NCBI GenBank assembly: GCA_966212075.1
Contig: CBIHOM010000010.1
Location: 50,573 to 114,572 of the forward strand
Origin: an uncultured Fluviicola sp.
Lineage (GTDB): Bacteria; Bacteroidota; Bacteroidia; Flavobacteriales_D; Crocinitomicaceae
Length of the DNA: 64,000 bases
Direction of reading: 5' to 3'
In this document: positions 28,388 through 38,632 of the stretch, in pieces
Position numbering within the stretch: position 1 is the stretch's first letter
How the letters are laid out: the number at the start of each line of letters is the position of its first letter
The notes under the pieces: generated by a model
The model's input: only the letters and a program-made list of their open reading frames with translations
Databases searched by the model: none
Told to the model about the DNA's origin: nothing
Made by a program: the position numbers and the translations under genes

Positions 28388-30688
28388 ATGAAATACGTTT
28401 ACACCCTTTTAATCTCATTTGTATGCTTTACGTCTTTTGGTCAGGGAACAAATGATCTGACAGCTGAAGACCGCGCATACCTTTTCCATATTGTTAAGAA
28501 AAGTCCCATTCTTGATAACAGCATTGGCCGTTATTTTGAATACTCCGGACCGCTTGTCCGTTTGATGAACAAAGAATTGAACTATGACTCGATCGAAAGT
28601 TATATCATCAATAACCCGAACTCCCTTTTTATCCGGAAAGGAGAAATCGAGAAATCACCAAAAGGAATCATTGCCGAAGCGGCAAATAAAATGGCACTTT
28701 GGGAATTGAATAAGATACTGCTTGCTTCCCGGCAATCGGAAAATGACCTTGAGCGTTATAAAACGCAGTACAACCAATTCGAAGCTTTGTTGAAATCGAA
28801 ACTTCCGCCTACCGCCCTGAAAACGGAAAACGGAACGATTGAAATTCAAAAGAAAATACTTGCAGTTCTGAATCCAAGCCTTAGTTTTGATGATAAAGCA
28901 GCCATGCTGGCAACCTTTCATTTTCTTTCTGTAGAGGATCAATTGGTTACGCTTGAAGCGATGAACTATGCCACAAACGCTTATGTGGAGAAAAGGGCAT
29001 ATGAAATCTTCTTACAGTTAGGCGGAACCGCAACAACGTTCAAAAATGTCCTCATTGCTGCCGGAGACGGTTCGGAAACCTCCGGACTTTTAAATGAACG
29101 TGAAAAGGACGAGAATGGAAGATGGAACAAAGGACTGCCAAAGGCAATCGGACTATTCCCCTATGAAGTAAAAATGATTGATCCTTCCAAAAGAAATAAA
29201 ACCGCATTGGAACCGGTCCGCATGCCTGTTATTGATTTTGAAACTGTCGGTGAAAACAAATTAACCCAACTTCATTTTGATGTTTGGGGTTACAATTCCA
29301 AAAAACAGACAACCGTGGTTATTGAACGGAACGGACTCTCCTATCACCTTTTTGGCTCAAATGATACCCGTTTCCTTTCTCCTGATTCCACATACAGTGA
29401 TGGAAAGACCTTCCAGGCGGTAATTAATGAACTGGAAAAGGATAAAATTGCCAAACTGTGGGATAAGATTTATGGTAAAAAGGGGTACGATTACGAAATT
29501 GAAACCGCAAAACGAAAAAAGGACGAAACCGAAAAGAAAATCAACGAAGACGAGCACAAATACTCCAATATGACCATGGGAACCATTACCACCAGTTCAA
29601 AGGTCCCTGGCTCTGTTAAGCGGAAAAAGAAAAAAGCATTAAAGAAAACTACAGGTGGAGAGTTCACTGCTCAACCGAAAACAGATTCAGGCAAAAAAGC
29701 CCGTAAAAAAGAACAGGGAGGACTGATCTACCTTTATGGAGAATACGAACGTTACAAAAAAATAATTGAAGAACTGGAAATTGAGAAAAAAGCAGCCATT
29801 GACCTGCTTGCAATTTATCAGAGAAGATTAGACAATTACAAATCTGCAATGGGTTATCATTGGGTCAACTTTACTGAAAAAGACGGATTATACACCTTCT
29901 CGGATTCTTCTACCTTTGATCTCTACACACAGGAATTCACGTTCAAAGCAGACACCTTAAAAACACCTTTTGAAGTACGTCTGATCGCCATTCCGGACGG
30001 ACCGCTCTCCGATAATGCGGATGAAGTGATGTTACACATTAACCTTGCGGACTCAAAACCCGGATTCGATGCACGTGTTCAATTGAATTTGGTAGACCAA
30101 TTCGAATCCAATAAATGGAATCTGAATAAACCATTGTTCCAGGCATCCGACAGCGTTTCGGTCCGGCAACTATTTGAAGCTCTTTTAGACAAAAAACTGC
30201 CCTTTGAAGTCATCAGTCGTGGACAGGGAGTTGGAAAATGGAATGGTACTAACGTTGTCAGAGCCACAGACAGAACCGAATGGAATGCCTATCAGGGCGG
30301 AACAGATGAGGAACGTTTAAAGTCCAAAATGGATTCCTCCAATGTGCGTTTACGCTCGACACAGGTAAACATCTTTTTGAACCGCGGAATTTTACTTGAA
30401 ATCAATACTTTTACTGATCCGGTTAAAACCAATTTAAAAGCTTCCAATGAGGCCATTCAAACCGAATTGAACAAATACCATCTGAGCGGCAATGATTACC
30501 TTTCTGCATTAAGAACTGCAACAGTGATCCAAAAACTAAAAATGGAACTCAATGTTCTTGCCGGCACATATTTAAGCAGAGAAGAAGCTAAAATTGTTAT
30601 TGACAGACTAAACAAACAATTGGACGGATTAAAAGTAAGTTGCGGTCCAACTTCATTCAAGTGGCAGGAATTATTAAACATCAAATAA
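28388..30688 (+). CDS. Hypothetical exported protein, about 766 aa
   Basis: MKYVYTLLISFVCFTSFGQ signal peptide; charged coiled-coil-like middle; no family recognised. Confidence 0.85.
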   Translation: MKYVYTLLISFVCFTSFGQGTNDLTAEDRAYLFHIVKKSPILDNSIGRYFEYSGPLVRLMNKELNYDSIESYIINNPNSLFIRKGEIEKSPKGIIAEAANKMALWELNKILLASRQSENDLERYKTQYNQFEALLKSKLPPTALKTENGTIEIQKKILAVLNPSLSFDDKAAMLATFHFLSVEDQLVTLEAMNYATNAYVEKRAYEIFLQLGGTATTFKNVLIAAGDGSETSGLLNEREKDENGRWNKGLPKAIGLFPYEVKMIDPSKRNKTALEPVRMPVIDFETVGENKLTQLHFDVWGYNSKKQTTVVIERNGLSYHLFGSNDTRFLSPDSTYSDGKTFQAVINELEKDKIAKLWDKIYGKKGYDYEIETAKRKKDETEKKINEDEHKYSNMTMGTITTSSKVPGSVKRKKKKALKKTTGGEFTAQPKTDSGKKARKKEQGGLIYLYGEYERYKKIIEELEIEKKAAIDLLAIYQRRLDNYKSAMGYHWVNFTEKDGLYTFSDSSTFDLYTQEFTFKADTLKTPFEVRLIAIPDGPLSDNADEVMLHINLADSKPGFDARVQLNLVDQFESNKWNLNKPLFQASDSVSVRQLFEALLDKKLPFEVISRGQGVGKWNGTNVVRATDRTEWNAYQGGTDEERLKSKMDSSNVRLRSTQVNIFLNRGILLEINTFTDPVKTNLKASNEAIQTELNKYHLSGNDYLSALRTATVIQKLKMELNVLAGTYLSREEAKIVIDRLNKQLDGLKVSCGPTSFKWQELLNIK

Positions 30689-30755
30689 GAGACAACATTG
30701 CTTTCGATGAATAATCCGCTGTAACGGATTTCAAAACAATTTAAATTAGAATAAC

Positions 30756-32087
30756 ATGCTTCTGATCCTGACCTATTCACTCATCTCTTTGTTCATTGCA
30801 TGGATTTGGGTGGATTATTTCCGTTTGATAGATGTGCACCACAAGAATAGCCTCTTCCATGTGATCGTTGCTTTTTTATTGGGAGGAAGTTCGGTATTCG
30901 TTGTTTTTGGTTTCCATATGTACGTGCTGAACGGACACGCATTGGAGATCAACGGAAATATTGTGAATGATCTGGCATACGCCATTTTCCAGGTTGGAAT
31001 GCTGGAAGAATTTTCCAAAATCTTTGCTTTCTTCTTCTTCTACCTGGTCTTCCGCTCACACTTAAAGGAACCCCTTGATTATCTGATGTATGTTTCCGTT
31101 TGTGCACTGGGGTTTTCCGCTGTCGAACATGTTACATATTTCAGTAGAAGCGGCCCGGAAATCATTAACGGAAGAGCTATTCTCTCAACCGTAGGACATA
31201 TGTTCGACACCTCGATCATTGCTTACGGACTTATTCTATTCCGGTTTAAACCGGAGAAAAACTCCTTCCTAACGGTTCTTGCTTGTTTTTTACTGGCCTC
31301 GCTTGCTCACGGAATCTACGATTTCTTCCTGATGTATCCGCCATTACACCAGGTCGGATGGCTATTCACGGTACTCTATTTCCTGGTAACCATCTCTATT
31401 TTCGCAGTTATCCTGAACAATTCGATCAATAATTCTCCCTACTTCTCTTACAAAGAGATTATTGATTCCTCTTTTGTTTTTAAACGGCTGTTTATTTACT
31501 ACTGCATCATTTTTGGAGCACAATTTTTATTGACTTTAATCGATCACAGCCTGGAATGGAGCATTGAATCAATTGCTTTTTCAATTGTTTTTTCAGGAAT
31601 AATTGTGATTTTGACCATTGGAAGATTAAGCCGTTTTAACCTTATCAAAGGCAGGTGGGAAAAAATCAGGCTGGAATTCCCTTTCAAGTACAACACTGAT
31701 TCATCCAGGGCAAGAAGCCGTATTTCAATCAAGGGAGAAAACTACAACGAAGCGCATATCAACCCATTCATGGAAACCTATTTTTACCTGAAACCTGTTT
31801 CACGGCAATCTAATTATCTGCAGGTAAAAAAGCTGGCATACATGGAACATAAAGTCGTTTCCAAAAAGAATGAGGTTTTTTATATCGTACGGATTTACGA
31901 GGGAGACAAAATGAGTGCTTTTTCGATTCATCTCCTGCGCGCAAAAGTTACTTATCCCAATATGGCAAATGACAAATACCCGATCGTTGGAGTTCTTCGC
32001 ATCGAAAACCCGCATGCTACATCGGAAGCCAAATCGATCAAAAAATATGCATTCAAGGAATATGCGGTCCTCCTTCCCTTGGACTGA
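30756..32087 (+). CDS. PrsW-family intramembrane glutamic metalloprotease
   Basis: Multi-TM; EEFSK, ALGFSAVEH, STVGH, AHGIYD motifs. Confidence 0.88.
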   Translation: MLLILTYSLISLFIAWIWVDYFRLIDVHHKNSLFHVIVAFLLGGSSVFVVFGFHMYVLNGHALEINGNIVNDLAYAIFQVGMLEEFSKIFAFFFFYLVFRSHLKEPLDYLMYVSVCALGFSAVEHVTYFSRSGPEIINGRAILSTVGHMFDTSIIAYGLILFRFKPEKNSFLTVLACFLLASLAHGIYDFFLMYPPLHQVGWLFTVLYFLVTISIFAVILNNSINNSPYFSYKEIIDSSFVFKRLFIYYCIIFGAQFLLTLIDHSLEWSIESIAFSIVFSGIIVILTIGRLSRFNLIKGRWEKIRLEFPFKYNTDSSRARSRISIKGENYNEAHINPFMETYFYLKPVSRQSNYLQVKKLAYMEHKVVSKKNEVFYIVRIYEGDKMSAFSIHLLRAKVTYPNMANDKYPIVGVLRIENPHATSEAKSIKKYAFKEYAVLLPLD

Positions 32088-32181
32088 ATTACGGGAATAA
32101 AACAATTAATTTCCAATTCGTATCCCGATAGTTTTAAAACCTTGATCGAAGCATCAATGGCTATCGGGACGGCATTTACAA

Positions 32182-33618
32182 TTAGGAATTATCAATCAAC
32201 TCCTCCATCAGGTTCACGGTATACAACTGCTCGCTTGCCCGCGTTACAGCGGTATAAAGCCAACGCAAAAAAGAAAAATCCACTTGTTCGAACTCCAGAT
32301 AACCATGATCCACAAATACTACAGACCATTGTCCTCCCTGTGATTTATGACACGTCACCGCATAAGCGAACTTGATTTGAAGTGCATTGAAATAGGGTGA
32401 TTTCATGATCTCCTGGTAACGTTTCTGCTTATTCCTTTCATGCATGAAATCCTTTTCTATTTCGAAAAACAATTCCTTCAGGAATCCACGGTCCAGGTTC
32501 GGTTGTTCGATAGTCAGGGTTTCCATGAAAGCAATAGTTTCAAAACGGTCTAAATCGGGATAATCGATCAAAGAAACCTCCAGGTGAGCAAAACGCACAC
32601 CATAAACTTCCTCAACACGGCGGATCCGGTGTACTTTCAACAATTCTCCGTTCGCTATAAATCCGGCTGAACTTAAAGGATCAAGCCAAAAATAATTGTT
32701 CTTCACCACCATCAGCAGATCGCCGCCACACAACTCCTCTTCCATCATTAAAATGCGGTTCCTGATATGTTGATTATAGAGGTTGGCGCGCTTATTCGAT
32801 CGTGTAACAATCATCACTTCATCTCCGCCATAATTACTGTAAGCGGATTCTATTTTTTCAATCAATTCATCTCCCGGAACAGCCTGTACATCCTGGAACG
32901 AATGCAAATCCAGTTGTGGCACCGTTTCCTGCATCTGCGCCTGCCGGATACGTGTAGCATTCTCCAAAATCCCCGAATCGGTTCGTTGTCTCACTACTGA
33001 AGTGAGGCCGTATACCGTAAAATCCACCAATGGAAAATGCTGATTGAGGTAGGCTGTACTTAATGCAGGACTTTCATCCGAACCTACCGGTGGAAGCTGG
33101 CCTTCATCCCCCAGTAAAATCAACTTACAGTTCTCCCCGCTAAAAGCATATTGAAAAACATCTTCCAGCAAATTGCGGGAAATATTTCCGTCAGCCTGCA
33201 AAGAATAATCCCCGATCATGGAAGCTTCATCAATAATAAAAATCGTATTCTTGGATTTGTTGGGAGCCAATTGCAATTTCACCGATCCGTCGGGTCCGGT
33301 TGCGGTAAAATAAATCCGTTTATGGATAGTTGTTGCAAGCATGTTAGACCGGAGTGAAAGCACCTTGGCAGCTCGCCCGGTCGGAGCCATCAGTACGGTT
33401 TTCCGTTTCAATGCATCCAATGCCTGAATATAGGCTCCAAGGATACTGGTCTTCCCTGTCCCTGCATAACCTTTCAAAATAAAACAAGCCGGATTCTCCT
33501 TTTCAAAAGTAAAATGAGAAAGATGTTGAATCAGCAATTCCTGCTCTTCATTGGGAATATGCCCAAAAAAAGAACGAATTAACTGATAACACTCCTGCTG
33601 CAAAGACGACGGATCCAT
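32182..33618 (-). CDS. RecD-like SF1 helicase / ATP-dependent DNase
   Basis: GYAGTGKT Walker A, APTGRAA, IIDEASM, GDEGQLPPV, VVRQ, YAVTCHKSQG, YTAVTRA. Confidence 0.93.
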   Translation of the reverse strand: MDPSSLQQECYQLIRSFFGHIPNEEQELLIQHLSHFTFEKENPACFILKGYAGTGKTSILGAYIQALDALKRKTVLMAPTGRAAKVLSLRSNMLATTIHKRIYFTATGPDGSVKLQLAPNKSKNTIFIIDEASMIGDYSLQADGNISRNLLEDVFQYAFSGENCKLILLGDEGQLPPVGSDESPALSTAYLNQHFPLVDFTVYGLTSVVRQRTDSGILENATRIRQAQMQETVPQLDLHSFQDVQAVPGDELIEKIESAYSNYGGDEVMIVTRSNKRANLYNQHIRNRILMMEEELCGGDLLMVVKNNYFWLDPLSSAGFIANGELLKVHRIRRVEEVYGVRFAHLEVSLIDYPDLDRFETIAFMETLTIEQPNLDRGFLKELFFEIEKDFMHERNKQKRYQEIMKSPYFNALQIKFAYAVTCHKSQGGQWSVVFVDHGYLEFEQVDFSFLRWLYTAVTRASEQLYTVNLMEELIDNS

Positions 33619-33681
33619 GAGATAAAATTACACATTCTAATTGCGAATTACGAGTTCTGGATACTTTATGATTTCAGGTAA

Positions 33682-33738
33682 GTCAGTTCGAGTATTCCTG
33701 ACCGTAACGCAGTGAAGCGTCAGGGATGTATCGAGAAC
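33682..33738. repeat. REP-like long hairpin
   Basis: GTCAGTTCGAGT..CCTGAC..GTCAGG..TGTATCGAGAAC; GTTC/GAAC, TCGA/TCGA and CCTGAC/GTCAGG pairs. Confidence 0.6.
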
Positions 33739-33792
33739 GACATAGAGGAAATCCCTCAGAAGAGTTTTATTATATTTGTACAAAACAAGTTT

Positions 33793-34542
33793 GTGCAGTT
33801 AATACTAGAAATTACTCAACAAAGCATAGCGGCTTTCCAACTTACGGGAGGTGAAATTCAGTTATTGGAAAAAGCAAACTGTACGAAAAGAACAGATGTC
33901 GGGTACAAGGAAGTCCTTACGCTGGTAATCGAAAAAATAGGGAATCTGGACCGTTTTGAAAATTTTTCCTGTTCCTATTTTGCACAGGAATTCTGCCTGG
34001 TCCCGAATTCATTATTCTCAGCATCAACACCTGAAACACTATTGCAGTATACCGCTCACAAGAGCATTTCAAAAAGCGATGTGGACTACAATCGCTTACC
34101 TGAATGGAGTTCGGTTATTATTTACCAGCTCCCGATGTGGGTGAAATCTGTTTTAATCCTCAAAGCACCCAGAATCGTTATTCAACATGAAATGGCTCAT
34201 ATTCTCAGGTATTTGACTACGGGTTCGCTTGTACCTTTGCGAAGTCACCTGGTCATTCACGAAGAACAGTTTTCACTTGTCGTGCGGAAAGACGGAAACA
34301 TTGTTCATACCAGCATCCAGGAATACCAAAGTGAAGAAGACATCGTTTATCATTTGGCAACCGTCTTTACCCAGCTCCAAATTGATTCAAAGAACGAATT
34401 ATTCATGCATGGTACAGGGGAACAAATCGAAAACACACAAAAACAACTGGAAGCTAAGTTAAAAAAGATCAACTTGTTCCAAGAGTCGAAAATAGAAATT
34501 CAACCGTCCAGTCACCTTCAATACCAGTCATTGTGCGTATAG
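33793..34542 (+). CDS. DUF3822-like protein
   Basis: GTG start after TATATTTG -7 box (33771); typical position upstream of rsmD-coaD; NSLFS, YQSEEDIVYHL. Confidence 0.65.
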   Translation: MQLILEITQQSIAAFQLTGGEIQLLEKANCTKRTDVGYKEVLTLVIEKIGNLDRFENFSCSYFAQEFCLVPNSLFSASTPETLLQYTAHKSISKSDVDYNRLPEWSSVIIYQLPMWVKSVLILKAPRIVIQHEMAHILRYLTTGSLVPLRSHLVIHEEQFSLVVRKDGNIVHTSIQEYQSEEDIVYHLATVFTQLQIDSKNELFMHGTGEQIENTQKQLEAKLKKINLFQESKIEIQPSSHLQYQSLCV

Positions 34543-35072
34543 TAAGAGGCATTTACAAAGCAAGAAGGTTCAATCCTCCCAAAAGCTTTCCTTCAAGGCC
34601 CACAACGGATTTTGCAAAAGAAGGAATTTTCAATGTATTGGAAAACAGGTACAGTTTGGTAAATCTCAACATATTGGACCTTTGTGCCGGAACAGGCAAT
34701 ATTTCACTGGAATTCCTGTCCCGTGAAGCCGGAAATGTTACTTCGGTAGATAAACACCCGGTTTGTATCAAGTTCATGTATAAACTTAAGAGTGATTTGG
34801 GTATCGAAGACGAATGGCTCATTTCAAAAAACGATGTACGCAATTACCTGGACAATTGCAACGACACCTTTGACCTGATCTTCGCTGATCCACCGTATGA
34901 TCTGACATTTCACAATAGCATTGTACGAATCATACGCGAACGAAAACTCCTCAACGCTGGAGGTATCTGCTTGATTGAGCATGGAAAACAAACAGATTTG
35001 AGCCAGGAAGAAGGATATATAGAAACCAGGAACTTCGGTAATGTTTACTTTAGTTTCTTTCAATTCGAATGA
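34533..35072 (+). CDS. rsmD: 16S rRNA m2G966 methyltransferase
   Basis: RPTTDFAKEGIFNVL, LDLCAGTGNIS, IFADPPY. Confidence 0.93.
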   Translation: MRIVRGIYKARRFNPPKSFPSRPTTDFAKEGIFNVLENRYSLVNLNILDLCAGTGNISLEFLSREAGNVTSVDKHPVCIKFMYKLKSDLGIEDEWLISKNDVRNYLDNCNDTFDLIFADPPYDLTFHNSIVRIIRERKLLNAGGICLIEHGKQTDLSQEEGYIETRNFGNVYFSFFQFE

Positions 35073-35073
35073 T

Positions 35074-35535
35074 ATGAAAAAAAGTGCTTGCTTCCCCGGA
35101 TCTTTCGATCCTTTTACAAAAGGTCATGAAGATATCATCAGAAAAGGACTTGGTTTGTTTGATGAAATCGTTATTGCTGTAGGAATCAATTCCACCAAGA
35201 ACTATTTATTTCCACTCGAGAAAAGGTTACAACACATCAAAAGCTGTTTTAATGATGAACCCAAAATCCGTGTGATCACATACGAAAAACTAACCGTTGA
35301 AATGTGTAAGGAAGAAGGTTGTTCTTACATTTTACGTGGATTAAGGGATGTAAAAGACTTTAACTACGAAGTTCCGATCGCATTGATGAACCGCGATATG
35401 ACTGAGATTGAAACTGTATTTCTGATTCCTGATACAGCCCTTTTTGCAATCAATGCAACGATCATTCGGGAAATCTATAAAAATGGCGGGAAAATTGATA
35501 AGTATGTAACAAATTTCGATCAGCTCGTTAATTAG
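35074..35535 (+). CDS. coaD: Pantetheine-phosphate adenylyltransferase
   Basis: FPGSFDPFTKGH, ILRGLR. Confidence 0.96.
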   Translation: MKKSACFPGSFDPFTKGHEDIIRKGLGLFDEIVIAVGINSTKNYLFPLEKRLQHIKSCFNDEPKIRVITYEKLTVEMCKEEGCSYILRGLRDVKDFNYEVPIALMNRDMTEIETVFLIPDTALFAINATIIREIYKNGGKIDKYVTNFDQLVN

Positions 35536-35537
35536 AC

Positions 35538-36965
35538 ATGAACAAATACTTTTTCCTTCTTTTCATTGCCGTTGCCTGCTCTCAAATCTATGGGCAATCT
35601 ATTACCGAGATCACTGGTTACGCTCCTGCTTATGTGGGAAAAGAAATAGAAGTTTACCAGATTTCGGATTTTATCACCCTGCGGGAAGAACGGATCGCCT
35701 CATCAACCGTTAAACCTGATAGTACTTTCAGTTTGGTTTTCAACCTGGATGAAACACGTAAATTGATTCTTAAAGCTGGAAATAACAAAGCGAATTTATT
35801 TGCAAACCCTTCAGGAAAATACGAAGTATTGCTTCCTGAAAAAAACAAATTCGATCCCTACAACCCTTCCGGGAATTTCGTGGAACTGGTTTTCTACAAC
35901 CTGGCAAAAGACGATATCAATTACAAGATCCTGGAGTTTAATCGCTGGAACGACGAGTTTGTTGCACGGTATTATACCAAACACAATGCAGATACAAAAT
36001 ATTTCGTATCCCGACTGGACACTTTTAAACTGGATGTAGAGAACTATTACAAAGCAGACACAACAGACAGGTATTTCAATTACCACAGAAGATACACCAT
36101 CGCCAAATTAGATGATCTTCGGTTTTTGGGAGCACGAAATCAGTATGAAAAATTTGACTTCTATATTCGTTCAACCCCGGTTTACTATCAAAACGAAGCA
36201 TACATGCAGTACATTCTGCATTTCTATGAAAAACTGCTGTCACGGATCAGTCCCGAATTAAATAATAAGGTCTATCTGGGAATATTAAAATCAAGTCCGA
36301 CAGTTATTGCCAAGGCACTTTCACAGGAATACACATTAACCAAACAATACAAACTTCGGGAATTAATCATGCTGAAAGCACTTTCGGAATGTTATTATGA
36401 TAAGGATTATCCGCAAACAAATATTCTGACGATCCTGGATAGTGTTTCAAAAGCGGCTTTATATCCTGAGAACAAATTAATTGCCCAAAACCTGCACTTC
36501 CGGTTAACGGAATTGAGCCAGGGATCCAAAGCTCCTGATTTCTTACTAAAAGATGATGGGAATGACCTCACACTTCAAAGTTTCCAAAAGAAATACCTGT
36601 ATTTGTTTTTTGTAGACCCGACAAGTCTGGACAATATGAAACAAATGAACCTGCTGAAACCGATCTATGAACGCTACAAAGACAATTTTAGCTTCGTAAT
36701 GGTTTACAAGGACAATCCCTCGATCGATTTTGCCAAGCTAAAGAATGAATTACCCTGGAAGGTCATTTCGAGTAAAGAAAGTAATTCCATTTTCAAGAAC
36801 TACAATGTAGTCAATTATCCGTACTATGTACTGATCGATCCATTCGGTTATGTGATTAATGCTCCTGCATTGGGACCGGTTCCTAATGGTTCGTACGATA
36901 CTATTGACCGCATCTTTTTCCTGATCCAAAAAGCACTTAAAGACGGAAATGGTTCAGATCGTTAA
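35538..36965 (+). CDS. Exported protein with a C-terminal TlpA/redoxin-like domain lacking CxxC
   Basis: GSKAPDFLLK..KKYLYLFF..YNVVNYPYYVLIDP pattern. Confidence 0.75.
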   Translation: MNKYFFLLFIAVACSQIYGQSITEITGYAPAYVGKEIEVYQISDFITLREERIASSTVKPDSTFSLVFNLDETRKLILKAGNNKANLFANPSGKYEVLLPEKNKFDPYNPSGNFVELVFYNLAKDDINYKILEFNRWNDEFVARYYTKHNADTKYFVSRLDTFKLDVENYYKADTTDRYFNYHRRYTIAKLDDLRFLGARNQYEKFDFYIRSTPVYYQNEAYMQYILHFYEKLLSRISPELNNKVYLGILKSSPTVIAKALSQEYTLTKQYKLRELIMLKALSECYYDKDYPQTNILTILDSVSKAALYPENKLIAQNLHFRLTELSQGSKAPDFLLKDDGNDLTLQSFQKKYLYLFFVDPTSLDNMKQMNLLKPIYERYKDNFSFVMVYKDNPSIDFAKLKNELPWKVISSKESNSIFKNYNVVNYPYYVLIDPFGYVINAPALGPVPNGSYDTIDRIFFLIQKALKDGNGSDR

Positions 36966-37010
36966 ATTGAAAGGCGCTAATTCACCAGCCGCAACTGATT
37001 GTAACAAGTC

Positions 37011-37170
37011 TCAAAAGCTGCGCTTCTCCTAAATTATTTCCGCACTAACGTTTACCTGCGGTGCATACTTCGTAAGTGTCATAATTTAGTCTTCAAAAGC
37101 TGCGCTTCTCCTAAATTATTTCCGCACTAACGTTTGTCATAATTTAGTCTTCAAAAGCTGCGCTTTTTCT
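37011..37170. repeat. Tandem 58-bp hairpin-forming repeat
   Basis: TCAAAAGCTGCGCTTCTCCTAAATTATTTCCGCACTAACGTTT at 37011 and 37093; partial third copy 37136-37165. Confidence 0.85.
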
Positions 37171-37193
37171 TATTTTTACAAAAAAATGAAAGA

Positions 37194-37778
37194 ATGCGTT
37201 ACAATCTAAGTGAAGTAACAGCGATTATTCGCGATCGAAGAACCATTTATCCGGAACAATACAGTACCCGAAAAATTCACAAGGAACAAATCGAATTATT
37301 ACTGAATAACGCGATTTGGGCTCCTACTCATGGAATGACCCAACCCTGGAGATTTATCGTTTTCCAGGATAACGCATTGAATGAACTTTCCGAAGCAATG
37401 GGAAATACCTACCTTTCAGAAATTCCAAAAGAAAAACAAATAGACAGCAAATTGGGAAAACTGATAAGCAGACCTAAGCTGGCAAGTGCTGTAATCGCAA
37501 TCATATTACACAGGGAGGAAGATACGCGCATTTCAGAAGATGATGATTTTGCAGCTATTTCCTGTGCTGTTCAAAATATGCACCTGACTGCTACCGCGCA
37601 AGGAATCGGAGCATTTTGGTCCACTCCGGCAATTATACGATTTGAACGTTTCAATGAATTTCTCGGTTTGAGTAAGGAACAACGCTGTGTCGGATTGTTC
37701 TATCTGGGATATCCATCGATCGAATGGCCGAAAGGACAGCGAAAACCAATTGAATACCTGACCGAGTGGAAACAATAA
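37194..37778 (+). CDS. Nitroreductase-family protein
   Basis: IRDRRT, AIWAPTHGMTQPWRFIV, AVQNMHLTATAQGIGAFWST. Confidence 0.93.
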   Translation: MRYNLSEVTAIIRDRRTIYPEQYSTRKIHKEQIELLLNNAIWAPTHGMTQPWRFIVFQDNALNELSEAMGNTYLSEIPKEKQIDSKLGKLISRPKLASAVIAIILHREEDTRISEDDDFAAISCAVQNMHLTATAQGIGAFWSTPAIIRFERFNEFLGLSKEQRCVGLFYLGYPSIEWPKGQRKPIEYLTEWKQ

Positions 37779-37860
37779 GTCCGATAAATCAACGTTAGTC
37801 TACCAACCAGTCAAAAGTAAAAATCGTTATAACATTATAAAGAAGAAAGAAAAAAGTACA

Positions 37861-38631
37861 ATGCAAAAATTCCTGTTTATCCTATTCATTTGTGCTTTTT
37901 CGATTGTTTCTTTTGGGCAAAAGCGAAAAAAGGAGCGATTCCCTTCTTATTTCGGTATTGTAGCAGCTCCCGTAATCCCAAACAATTTTATCGGTGCTGT
38001 GCATACCGAACTATTGGACAGTACCGGCTCCATGTCAACAGACTTTCATAATAAATGGGGATTCACATTTGGAGCAACTATCCGGATCGGCCTATCTAAA
38101 AATATCAGCCTGGAAACCGGTATTTCACAAGTCAGAAGAATTTATCAGGTTGGTGTTTCCATTCCTGATTCCAATATTTACGACAGTCAAAAACTTGCAT
38201 TCATCAATTATGATATTCCCTTAAATGCCCTTTTCTACGTTAAATTAACTGAAAAATGGTATACCGATGCTTCATTGGGAGTATCAATAACTCATTATCC
38301 GTCGGATGTACAGGATTCGATGCTCCCTGCACCAAAAAAAGCCATCTTTATCCAGGGAAGAAGGACCGCCAGTACGTATTTTGCATTTAATGCAGGTGTT
38401 GGTTTTGAATACCGGACCGAAAAAGCAGGAACATTCTTCCTGGGATTTGGTGCTAAAGTTCCTTTTAAACCACCATTTTTTGGTGTTTCGATTCTTCGGC
38501 AAAGTGGAACATCCAAGCAATTGACTGCTTATAAACCAATTTCAGCGGGTTATTTCACCATTGACTTCAGGTATTTCATTCCAACTCCCAAAAAGAAGAA
38601 AGAACCTGTCAACAAACCCATTATAGAATAA
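37861..38631 (+). CDS. Outer-membrane beta-barrel-like protein
   Basis: Signal peptide; alternating amphipathic strands; FTIDFRYF near the end. Confidence 0.7.
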   Translation: MQKFLFILFICAFSIVSFGQKRKKERFPSYFGIVAAPVIPNNFIGAVHTELLDSTGSMSTDFHNKWGFTFGATIRIGLSKNISLETGISQVRRIYQVGVSIPDSNIYDSQKLAFINYDIPLNALFYVKLTEKWYTDASLGVSITHYPSDVQDSMLPAPKKAIFIQGRRTASTYFAFNAGVGFEYRTEKAGTFFLGFGAKVPFKPPFFGVSILRQSGTSKQLTAYKPISAGYFTIDFRYFIPTPKKKKEPVNKPIIE

Positions 38632-38632
38632 A

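Noticed and set aside
37011-37170. Possible mini-CRISPR array
   Set aside because: Only 2.5 units, spacers of 24 and 0 nt, no cas genes; fits tandem duplication of a dispersed repeat
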